A stretch of 64,000 nt of DNA from an uncultured virus (IMG/VR IMGVR_UViG_2772190671_000001) (lineage: Duplodnaviria > Heunggongvirae > Uroviricota > Caudoviricetes): the IMG/VR virus record IMGVR_UViG_2772190671_000001. One strand, written 5' to 3'. A program made the translations under genes and the position numbers. The notes beneath the pieces were generated by a model. That model ran no database searches. It worked only from the letters and a program-made list of their open reading frames with translations, and had not been told where the DNA came from. Below, piece by piece: positions 28,740 through 36,636 of this stretch. The stretch's first letter is position 1; each line of letters begins with the position of its first letter.

Positions 28740-28799
28740 GTCGATCACCCTTCGAGTGCCATCGCGGCACGTCAGCGCCGGGCCATCGCGGCCCGGTGC

Positions 28800-28925
28800 G
28801 GTGTCTCAAGATCCGATCCTGAAGATCGTTAAGGCTGGGGAACCCGTACACGACCCGAGCGCCCTCCCCCGCGGTCTTCCGTCAGGCCGGCTGGGGGTCA
28901 CTCCCCTGGCCGGTCGGCCGGATGA
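28800..28925. other. Candidate cos / packaging region
   Basis: Non-coding gap between HNH and terS, the usual cos position in HNH-terS-terL phages; exact cut site not determinable. Confidence 0.45.
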
Positions 28926-29285
28926 TCACTGCGTAGCCGCTCCACCGGGCTGATTGATCGCGGTTTCGCGGCTGTGGCAGGGCTTGCACAGACCGCGGCC
29001 TCGCGCCGGGTCGTTCGCGTCCAGCCCTTGCGCGATGAGCTCACGGCGGCTTAGTGGCCAGTGGTCTGCCTCAGTGGCGGGCGCTTGTCGGCACCGCACG
29101 CACAGAGGATCGCGGGCGAGTACGCCTGCACGGAAGCGGTTGTTGTGCTCGGTGCTGTAGCCGCGCCGTGCTGCGCTGCCGCGCTTGCGCTCGGCCTTGC
29201 GCTGGTGTTCGGGGCAGCGTCCACCATCTGTGTACTCGGGGCATCCGGACTCAGTGCAGATGCGCAGTGCGCGCCCTCGTGCCAC
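28926..29285 (-). CDS. HNH endonuclease (HK97 gp74-like packaging cofactor)
   Basis: RDPLCVRC...ATEADH...RGLCKPCHSRET; adjacent to terS. Confidence 0.88.
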   Translation of the reverse strand: MARGRALRICTESGCPEYTDGGRCPEHQRKAERKRGSAARRGYSTEHNNRFRAGVLARDPLCVRCRQAPATEADHWPLSRRELIAQGLDANDPARGRGLCKPCHSRETAINQPGGAATQ

Positions 29286-29393
29286 GGTCCACCCCCTGTT
29301 CGGTCACAGCCTGGTCACGTCAGCTCTTGGGTGACGGATCGGTGGTGTGATCATTGCTCCGCACGCAGGGGCGCGCATGAGTAGGGGGATGAC

Positions 29394-29579
29394 GTGGTGA
29401 GTGGTTGCCGTGATTGTCAGACGTGCACGATGTCGTGGATCGCTCGGATGGGGCGTCACACGTTGTACGTCTGTACCTTCTCGTTCTTGGTGAAGCCCGT
29501 GTTCCTGAAGTGCTGCCCTCAGTGCAAGCACACGATGGGCCGCCACCAGCGTCGTAGGGACGGTTCGTTCCAGGACTAG
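29394..29579 (+). CDS. Small Cys-rich protein antisense to the late operon
   Basis: RBS AGGGGGA; CRDCQTC and CCPQCKHTMGRH. Confidence 0.5.
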   Translation: MVSGCRDCQTCTMSWIARMGRHTLYVCTFSFLVKPVFLKCCPQCKHTMGRHQRRRDGSFQD

Positions 29580-29902
29580 ACGCGGACGACGTTGACGGTG
29601 AGTTCGGCGTTGTCGACATTGAAGCCGAGGGTGTCGCCGTAGTCGTTGGGGCTGAACGGCCCGAACACCTGCGTCTCGCCCGCAGGGATGGACTCGCTGC
29701 GGACGGGTGCGGTGAGGCCGTCGACGGTACGCGCGGTCTGGAAGGTGATCGTGCGCGAGGACGCCCCGGTGTTCTTGACGATGAGGACGACGCGGCCGTC
29801 GTTGGTGATGGCGTTGCCGTTGGTGACGTCGCCTGCGGTCGCTGCGGGGAGGACGGTTCCGGCGCGGGATGCCTGCGTGGCGGCGATGGCGGTACGGGGC
29901 AT
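29576..29902 (-). CDS. Small beta-rich putative virion protein
   Basis: RBS; NDGRVVLIVKNTG...IPAGETQVFGPF. Confidence 0.7.
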   Translation of the reverse strand: MPRTAIAATQASRAGTVLPAATAGDVTNGNAITNDGRVVLIVKNTGASSRTITFQTARTVDGLTAPVRSESIPAGETQVFGPFSPNDYGDTLGFNVDNAELTVNVVRV

Positions 29903-29911
29903 GACGGTCTC

Positions 29912-30076
29912 CTACGTCGGGACGATGGTGATCTGCGGCTGGGTGATCTGGAGCTTGCGCCCGTACTTGGCGAGCACCTGCTCGATCTCGGCGAGGCACG
30001 CCTCGGTCTGCCGCTGCTCGTCTTCGGCGACCAGGCGGCGGGCCTCGACTACGGGATCGGTCTTCTCGTCGGCCAT
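29912..30076 (-). CDS. 54-aa hypothetical protein (not in ORF track)
   Basis: MADEKTDPVVEARRLVAEDEQRQTEACLAEIEQVLAKYGRKLQITQPQITIVPT; RBS GAAAGG. Confidence 0.65.
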   Translation of the reverse strand: MADEKTDPVVEARRLVAEDEQRQTEACLAEIEQVLAKYGRKLQITQPQITIVPT

Positions 30077-30101
30077 GGGCGCGGGCCTTTCGGGGTGCGG
30101 G

Positions 30102-31301
30102 TTAGGTGGTGCTGTCGGTGATGAGCCCGATCGTGGCGAGCTGCGTGAGGAGCGACGTGAGCGCGGCGTTGCCGCCCTTCGCGCCGGTCACGGTCCGCCG
30201 GGTGGTGTCGAAGACGACTCCGGCCGCGGAGCGGACCTTGAACACGCCGCCCTGGCTGTAGGCGATGACCCCGTCGGTGGGATTCGTCGTCGGCGCGGTG
30301 GTGGCGTTCTTCATCGAGATGACGACGCCGCCGGACCCGCCGAAGTCGCTACTGGTGGAACCGAGCTGCAGGGCGCCGGTGAGGAAGGCGACAGCCCGCG
30401 TCACGATCGCCCCGGACGTGCCGACTTCCAGGGTGGCCGTCCCGCCGCTGGTCTTCACCTGGAACAGGGGCTGGGCGGTCGACGCCGCACCCTGCACGAT
30501 CAGCCCGACCGTGGCGGTGTCTCGCTGCCGGACCTCAAGGGCCGCGGCGGGCACGTTGCCGACGGGGATGCGGATGCCGGTCAGCCCGGACGCGTTGACG
30601 ACGAAGTCGTCCGTCGTGGCGGGGTCGCTGTTCCGCAGGACCAGGAGCCGGCCGGTCGTCGGGCCCTCGGTCGAGGTGAGGAAGATTCCCTGTGCGGCGG
30701 TGCCGCCCATCCCGTTGCGCTGCAGGTCGATGCTGATGGCTGCCGCGGAGGCGTCTGCGGTGGCACCGGCACCGGGATTGAGGTGGGCGATCTTCAGGGT
30801 GCCGCGGGCGGACTCTTTGCCGCTGAGCCACATCGCGGAGTCGCCGGGTTTGTCAGAGATGACGTTCAGGGCGACGCTGCCGGGCGAGGTGCCGGTGGCC
30901 CGCTGGTAGACAGTCAGCGCATGCTCGGTGTCGCTGTTCGTGCGGAAGTTGCCGGAGCGGACGGCACCGTCCGTGTTGAAGCTGGCCCCGGTAACCGCAC
31001 CGGTCGTCGTGACCGGGCCGGCGAGTGTGCCGCCGGCGAGCGGAAGGAACTGGCCGGACGCCCAGGCCCGGTCCCCGTGCGGGTCGGCAGCGACCGTGTG
31101 CGCCGCGACCTTGGCGGTGGCGTCGGCTTCAGCCGCAGCCTGTGCGGCGACAACGTCCGCCGAGAGTGCGAGGCCGGTGACAGCCCCGGTCTGCCCCATG
31201 ACGCTGGACACGAGCCCGGCGCTGACGGTGACGACGCGGGACTGCGTGCCGTTGACGGTGACCGCATCGACAGGGCGTTCACCGGTGACGCGGATCCTCA
31301 C
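30102..31301 (-). CDS. Fibre protein with HylP-like hyaluronate lyase domain
   Basis: ALNVISDKPGDSAMWLSGKESARGTLKIAH...AAAISIDLQRNG..GTAAQGIFLTST...TTGRLLVLRN parallels the streptococcal phage HylP core; GTGA-coupled start. Confidence 0.8.
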   Translation of the reverse strand: MRIRVTGERPVDAVTVNGTQSRVVTVSAGLVSSVMGQTGAVTGLALSADVVAAQAAAEADATAKVAAHTVAADPHGDRAWASGQFLPLAGGTLAGPVTTTGAVTGASFNTDGAVRSGNFRTNSDTEHALTVYQRATGTSPGSVALNVISDKPGDSAMWLSGKESARGTLKIAHLNPGAGATADASAAAISIDLQRNGMGGTAAQGIFLTSTEGPTTGRLLVLRNSDPATTDDFVVNASGLTGIRIPVGNVPAAALEVRQRDTATVGLIVQGAASTAQPLFQVKTSGGTATLEVGTSGAIVTRAVAFLTGALQLGSTSSDFGGSGGVVISMKNATTAPTTNPTDGVIAYSQGGVFKVRSAAGVVFDTTRRTVTGAKGGNAALTSLLTQLATIGLITDSTT

Positions 31302-32413
31302 GACCGGGTCACCTCCGGGGAGACGATCGCCCGCCCGTTCAACAGCCGGACGACGGTCGAGCCGTTGACGACTTCGAGGTCCCAGCGCCCGTTGCGGGTG
31401 AGGGTCTCGGTCACGCTGGCCGGGATGGCGATGCTGATCTCCGCACCGTCCACGGTCAGGTAGTCGGTGAGATCGAGGAGGAGTTCGCCGTTCGCGGAGG
31501 CTTCGGACCGGATCTGCGAGCGGGCCTCCCAGCCGTCCCAAGTGAATTCTGGGTCGTCGTCGACGGTGAAGCGCTGCAGGAACGTCGCACCTTGCTCGAT
31601 GTACAGGTCCCAGTCTCCCGCTGCCAACTCGGCCACCTCCGGGATCTCGCTGGATGCCACGTCAGCGGTGAGGGTCGATTCCGCGGTGAGTGCGGCTGCC
31701 GCGCGTGCGGACAGGACCGGAACGGATGCGAGGGTGCCTTCAGCGGTCAGGTCTGCTGCTGCAATGACGGCAACGAGCGCTGTTGCGCCGAGCGCGGCCT
31801 GCGCGGAAATGGTGGCGGATGCGGTCCAAACGGCCCCGTTGGACAGAGTGTTGAATAGGTCGAACTCGGCAAAGTCCCCGGTGCCGGCGTCGCGGTGCGC
31901 GCTCATGTCGAGGGCGCACACGTCGATGTCCGCGTCGATCCAGGCGGGCGTGGCGAGCGTGCGGCGGTTGGTCCACGCCGTCCCGTCAGGGCTCGTATCC
32001 CACAGGAGGTTGGTGCCGTCCTCGGTGAGTCGCACGAACAGATGCGCGACGGGATCGTAGGTGATGGCGACGGCGTCGTCGTCCCAGTAGCCAACCTCAG
32101 ACACGAACCGGATCAGACCGGTGACGGCGTTGATGCTGAAGCCGACGCGGGTTCCCTCAACGGTGCCCTGCACCATGGCCGCGCAATAGGCCTCGGCCGT
32201 GGCGCCGGAGGCGGCGGGCACGGTGGGAACCTGCACGAAGAACGAGGCGCCGGCCAACGTCCAGGCGTAGCCGGTCTGGCATCCGGCGTATGCGGTGGTG
32301 CAGGGGACGCGGGCCCGGCCGCCGACAACCGCGGTACCGCCGTAGCTGTTGCCCCACTCGGGGCCGAGCGTGCCGGTGTTGAAGTTGTCGACGAGGGTCG
32401 AGAGGCTGGGCAC
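31298..32413 (-). CDS. Virion appendage protein (lectin-like N-domain, LtfC-like C-domain)
   Basis: C-terminal WDLYIEQGATF...ARSQIR...RWDLEV pattern. Confidence 0.7.
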   Translation of the reverse strand: MPSLSTLVDNFNTGTLGPEWGNSYGGTAVVGGRARVPCTTAYAGCQTGYAWTLAGASFFVQVPTVPAASGATAEAYCAAMVQGTVEGTRVGFSINAVTGLIRFVSEVGYWDDDAVAITYDPVAHLFVRLTEDGTNLLWDTSPDGTAWTNRRTLATPAWIDADIDVCALDMSAHRDAGTGDFAEFDLFNTLSNGAVWTASATISAQAALGATALVAVIAAADLTAEGTLASVPVLSARAAAALTAESTLTADVASSEIPEVAELAAGDWDLYIEQGATFLQRFTVDDDPEFTWDGWEARSQIRSEASANGELLLDLTDYLTVDGAEISIAIPASVTETLTRNGRWDLEVVNGSTVVRLLNGRAIVSPEVTRS

Positions 32414-32423
32414 CCTGGCCTCC

Positions 32424-32810
32424 CTATGCGAGCGACAGCGTCAGGGATCCTGCGGTGAGCTGGAGTTCGTCCCCGGCCGCCACCGTGCGGGATGCGGAGA
32501 GGGACCCGTACCAGAGGCGCACCGGCGTGCCGGCCGAGTCCCAGACTTCGACGCCGACAACGGTGGCGGCCGGCATTCCCGTCCAGACGAGGTCGGCCGA
32601 GTTGGAGGTGGCGCCGGAGACGGCCGCCGCGACTGAGAGGTTCTGGCGGGCGTAGGAGCCGCCGGTCACCTCGGTACCCGCCGCCGTGTCGCTGCCATTC
32701 GCCGTGACGAGGGCGACCTTCAGCGGGGTGGTGGGCCTGGTCGGCGTACCGACGCCGTTGATCCAGTCGAGGGACAGATTCTCGGCGGTGTTGGTCAAGT
32801 TGTCGGCCAT
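32424..32810 (-). CDS. Fibre/collar-type structural protein
   Basis: GTEVTGGSYARQ...LWYGSLSASRTV motif. Confidence 0.7.
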   Translation of the reverse strand: MADNLTNTAENLSLDWINGVGTPTRPTTPLKVALVTANGSDTAAGTEVTGGSYARQNLSVAAAVSGATSNSADLVWTGMPAATVVGVEVWDSAGTPVRLWYGSLSASRTVAAGDELQLTAGSLTLSLA

Positions 32811-32820
32811 GGCGCCTCCG

Positions 32821-34680
32821 TCAGTCGTAGCGGTAGATGTCGGAGACCGGCAGGACTTTGATGCCGCGGGCCGCGATCCCATCCATGATCGAGTTGAAGT
32901 CGGTGATGCTGCACTGGTTCGTGGTCGTCGCCGCGCCGCTGGTGATCTCGTGGAAGGTCAAGATGGTCCACGCCCCGGTTGACGCGGTCCGATCGAGCGC
33001 TCCCCCGGCGGCGAGCATCGTCGTCGGGTTCGCCGGGGAAGCGCCACCGGCCATAGAGCCGATGCCGGAGATGGACCGCATCCTGAACGGCTGCCCGGGC
33101 GGGTGAGTTTCGCTGGCGTTGTCGGCCGAGGAGATGCCGCGGCCAGTGGAGAAGTAGCGGGCCGTCAACTGATCGATCAGATCGCCGTCCGTGGTGGGCC
33201 CGAACCAGCCGCCCGGGTAGGCGAAATGCTCCGAGGCGAAGCCGCGGGTGACCATCCACGCCCGCAGCTGCCGCAGCTCATCCAGCACGGCCTGCGTCGA
33301 CAGCGTCGTGTACTTCGCGTTGTGCGCGGCCACCGTGTAGGCGTGCCCGGCGATACCCCACCCGGCGTCCTGCATGGCCTGCAGGCCGGCGGTGGTGAGG
33401 TAGACGCCGCTGGTGTCGACGACGTCGGCGATCGTGTAGATCGTGCCGCGGTAGCCGAGCGCGTCCATCTTGGGCCGGGCCAGGGACCAGACCGAGCTGT
33501 AGCAGTCGTCGAAGGTGATCGACACCGCCCCGGTCGGGAAGGTGGCCACGGTACCGTCGATGATCTCGACGGACTGCAGGTTCACGGTGGCCGGCGCGCT
33601 GCCGCCCTTGTCGACGACCTGGAACGCCATGTCCGTCAGGCCGCTCGTCGTCGACGGAATGCCCGTCGAACCGACCGTGAAGGTCCCGGTGGGTGAACGC
33701 ACGCCGGACCACTGGAGGGTGACGGTCACCCACTCCCCCGACTGCACCTGGTTCTGCGCCGTGGTGGCGTGCGTGAACACCCGCCAGCTGTAGGAGTTCG
33801 CCAGCGTGCTGGTGCCGACGAGGAAGTTGATCTGGTTGATCCTCGTGACGTCCGCGACGCGGAAGACCAGCCGGATGGCCTTACCGGTGAGATCGAACGC
33901 GCTCGCCCCGTACCTGCGGATGTTGGCGACCGCCCCGGTGCCCGTCGTCGTCATCGCGAAGCTCTGCGAGCCACGGATGAACGTCGTGGTGTCGTTAACG
34001 TTGCTCGATCCGACACCCGACCCGGACGCCGTCCAGCCATGGCCGGAGGCGAAGATCTGCCGCCATCCGGCCTCGCGGTACCGCGGAGCCCGGATCGAGC
34101 GGGGGAGCAGCGTGGGCGTGCGCGCGTCCGTCGTGGTCGGGTCGTCGCTGCGCAACGCGGTCGTCGGGCCTGCGCCGGCAGCGCCGAGCGGAGGCTGAGG
34201 ACCAGCAGGCCCCGTTTCCCCTTGGGGCCCTTCAGGGCCCTGTGGGCCGACAGTTCCGGTGGGGCCTGTGGCGCCCTGCTCGCCCGGCGGGCCTGTAGGG
34301 CCCGCCGGGCCAGTGACGACGACATACTCGCCCTCTGAGGCTGCCGTGGGCGCCACGTCAGCAATGTCGACGGCGGGCGCGCTAGCGGGCAGAGCCAGAG
34401 GGAAGGAACGCCCGGGCGCGTCGTACCAGCGTTCGGTGACCGTGTAGGTCCAGCCGGTCGGCGTGACGTCCGGGTCGTCGGTGGCGAGGAGGGTGACGGT
34501 GAAGGAACCGTCGTTGTCGAGGACGGCTTCCGTGTCGCCCAGGATCAGGGTGTCGTGGGCGGCGGAGGTGAGGACCGCAGGGTCGGGCCGGAAGATAAGC
34601 CGGCCGATGAACGGGCTGCCGTCGGGCCGCTTGTAGCTGCCGGTGACGGTGACGGTGGAAAGTCCGGGAGGCAGGGCCAT
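32821..34680 (-). CDS. Collagen-repeat fibre with C-terminal CE4/NodB polysaccharide deacetylase
   Basis: Minor-tail N-domain ([16 protein letters not shown]), about 13 Gly-X-Y triplets, VSITFDD, GHAY...H, HFAYPGG, ILTFH. Confidence 0.8.
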   Translation of the reverse strand: MALPPGLSTVTVTGSYKRPDGSPFIGRLIFRPDPAVLTSAAHDTLILGDTEAVLDNDGSFTVTLLATDDPDVTPTGWTYTVTERWYDAPGRSFPLALPASAPAVDIADVAPTAASEGEYVVVTGPAGPTGPPGEQGATGPTGTVGPQGPEGPQGETGPAGPQPPLGAAGAGPTTALRSDDPTTTDARTPTLLPRSIRAPRYREAGWRQIFASGHGWTASGSGVGSSNVNDTTTFIRGSQSFAMTTTGTGAVANIRRYGASAFDLTGKAIRLVFRVADVTRINQINFLVGTSTLANSYSWRVFTHATTAQNQVQSGEWVTVTLQWSGVRSPTGTFTVGSTGIPSTTSGLTDMAFQVVDKGGSAPATVNLQSVEIIDGTVATFPTGAVSITFDDCYSSVWSLARPKMDALGYRGTIYTIADVVDTSGVYLTTAGLQAMQDAGWGIAGHAYTVAAHNAKYTTLSTQAVLDELRQLRAWMVTRGFASEHFAYPGGWFGPTTDGDLIDQLTARYFSTGRGISSADNASETHPPGQPFRMRSISGIGSMAGGASPANPTTMLAAGGALDRTASTGAWTILTFHEITSGAATTTNQCSITDFNSIMDGIAARGIKVLPVSDIYRYD

Positions 34681-34774
34681 GGTCACCTCCCGGACGTTCT
34701 TGGCTGTCCCGCCGCCTGCGACGGGGGCGTTGCGGGCGGCGGGACGTCGGGGCGTGGGACCGGCCCGCCCCGAG

Positions 34775-35020
34775 CTATGCGGCGCGTGGTGCGCGCTGCG
34801 GCATGGGCCTGTAGCTCTTTGCCTGCTCTTCGATCTCGGGCAGGGCGTACATGGTCTTGTACTCGTGCCCTTGGCCGGAGTATTCGCCAGGCCGGCCCGT
34901 GAATTTGCGGATCTTCCCGCGTCGGGCCCATTGCCGTATGACGGTGCCGGGGACGCCGGTTGCGGCTGTGGCTTCGTGCTCGTAGACGAGGTCGTCGGGG
35001 TACAGCTCGGTGACGTGCAT
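34775..35020 (-). CDS. MerR/Xis-like HTH protein
   Basis: EATAATGVPGTVIRQWARRGKI. Confidence 0.75.
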   Translation of the reverse strand: MHVTELYPDDLVYEHEATAATGVPGTVIRQWARRGKIRKFTGRPGEYSGQGHEYKTMYALPEIEEQAKSYRPMPQRAPRAA

Positions 35021-35153
35021 CGTCTACCCCCAAGCATGCAGAAAGCCCCCGGCCGGAAGCTGGGGGCTGAAGTAGTTGCGGACACACGAATGTTCCGTCT
35101 GAGGGCACTGTGACATACAGACGATCACGTTGGCAAGCGTTGACGGGCGTTGG

Positions 35154-35792
35154 CTAGGCCGCGGCCCGTTGCGCGAGGGGAAGGTCGAGTACCTCAGCGC
35201 GCGCGTACTGGGTGGCGCAGCCGGTGCATCGGGCGCCGGGTGTGGACACGGTGATGTGGAGGACGGTTCCGCAGGGGCAGGTGACGGCGACGGGCCGTTC
35301 AGGTCGCTCTCCGGTGATCTGCCGTTCGCACTGCCGGACCAGGCTGCCGACCTCGTGCACGAACTCCCAGAACGCGGGGTGGGTGCTCGCCGCCCCTTCA
35401 AGGTTGATCCGCAGGGCGTGGACGACTTCGTCGAGTTGCTGCTGCAGGCCGCCGTTCCAGCGCGGGTGTCGCCAGCCGAAGTGGTCGTGCCAGTCGACTT
35501 GCCAGGTCTGGAGGATGGTGACGACGCCGCCGCGGGCCATCAAACTGAGCGGCTCTAGCCGGAGCGGGAGGGGCGCGGTGCGGGACACGGATACGACCTG
35601 GCCGTCTCCGCCGCGGCCGGGGGTGAGGCGGGTGGCGAGCTGGGCGTAGAGCCCGTCGGGGCCGGGGAGTCGCCGCAGGGCCGTGTCGGCGCGTTCCTGG
35701 CAGGGGCGGCAGGCGGTGCGTCCGAGTTCGTCGCGGTGGAGTTGCCGGCCGCAGGGGCAGGTGGGCCACTGGTAGGTGGGCTGGTCGTGCAC
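35154..35792 (-). CDS. Zn-finger protein, putative late transcription regulator
   Basis: CPC...CRPC at N-terminus, CPC...CTGC at C-terminus; lies just ahead of late genes. Confidence 0.65.
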   Translation of the reverse strand: MHDQPTYQWPTCPCGRQLHRDELGRTACRPCQERADTALRRLPGPDGLYAQLATRLTPGRGGDGQVVSVSRTAPLPLRLEPLSLMARGGVVTILQTWQVDWHDHFGWRHPRWNGGLQQQLDEVVHALRINLEGAASTHPAFWEFVHEVGSLVRQCERQITGERPERPVAVTCPCGTVLHITVSTPGARCTGCATQYARAEVLDLPLAQRAAA

Positions 35793-35896
35793 GGCGGCTC
35801 CTCGGTGCGTGGCGGGGCTGCTGGTGACTCTGGGTTAAGTGTGCCGGAGAGGGTTGACAACGCCGGGCCAATAGCCCGTGGGCGCGGTCATGGCGA

Positions 35897-35920
35897 AGGC
35901 CCCGGTCGATGACCGGGGCC
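35897..35920. terminator. Hairpin closing the transfer module
   Basis: GGCCCCGGTC-GAT-GACCGGGGCC. Confidence 0.7.
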
Positions 35921-35946
35921 AGGGGGGGGCGGGTTGGTGCGGCGTC

Positions 35947-36408
35947 TCACTCGTTGGTGTTCTTGACCCAGACGCCGCTGTTCTTGGTCTGGACGTTGCG
36001 CTGGTCCTGGTGGACGGGGCCGGTGTAGTGCTGGTGGATCTCCGGCTCGGGCTTGGCCCCCTTGGCGAGGCGGGCGAGGGCGAGGATCGGCAGGGCGAAG
36101 GCGGCGGGTGCGGCGCAGATCATGCCGATGACGGTGGGGTTGGCGAAGTCGGAGGCGATCATGAGGATGCCGCCGCCGGCGGACACCATCAGCGTCATGC
36201 CTCCGAAGGCGATCATGCGGACGCTGTCGTCGGTGGCTTTCTCGCTCATTGCCGGGCGTTCCGGCTTCCGGGCGGGCGGTGTGGTGCTGTCGCGGCGCAT
36301 CTCGTGGATGGCGTTGTCGACGGCGGCCTGGATGACGGCTTCGGTGAGCGGGTTGGCAGCCTGCCCGGCCGCGGGCGCGGAGGGCTTCGGCTCGGGCAGG
36401 TTCGGCAT
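35947..36408 (-). CDS. Two-TM membrane protein, Spd-like (spread)
   Basis: Two hydrophobic helices; HQHYTGPVHQD tail; downstream of traB. Confidence 0.6.
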   Translation of the reverse strand: MPNLPEPKPSAPAAGQAANPLTEAVIQAAVDNAIHEMRRDSTTPPARKPERPAMSEKATDDSVRMIAFGGMTLMVSAGGGILMIASDFANPTVIGMICAAPAAFALPILALARLAKGAKPEPEIHQHYTGPVHQDQRNVQTKNSGVWVKNTNE

Positions 36409-36508
36409 GGAGGGGCTCCTTGCGGGATGGGTTCTGGGGTTCTGCGGAGACTGGCGGTCACGGACAGCTACGGTGCACGGATTGTGACATTGGGCGGGGT
36501 CGAGGTTT

Positions 36509-36636
36509 GTCAGGCCTGACTGTCAGGCCCTCACGGAGGGTGGAGTCACTGACTCTTCTATAAGCCCCCCAACAGGCATGACTCCTGACTGTCAGACGGT
36601 TTCTGACAGTCAGGTGACGCTGTGTGACCGTCAGGC
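36509..36636. repeat. clt-like repeat locus (TGAC-N-GTCA motifs)
   Basis: CCTGACTGTCAG at 36515 and 36584; perfect IR 36584-36596 / 36602-36614; GAGTCACTGACTC 36543-36555; TGACCGTCAGG at traB stop. Confidence 0.65.

Noticed and set aside
13829..28822. Long + strand ORFs (e.g. 13829..15997, 25450..26940, 26558..28822)
   Set aside because: Antisense shadows of clear - strand genes, expected in high-GC DNA
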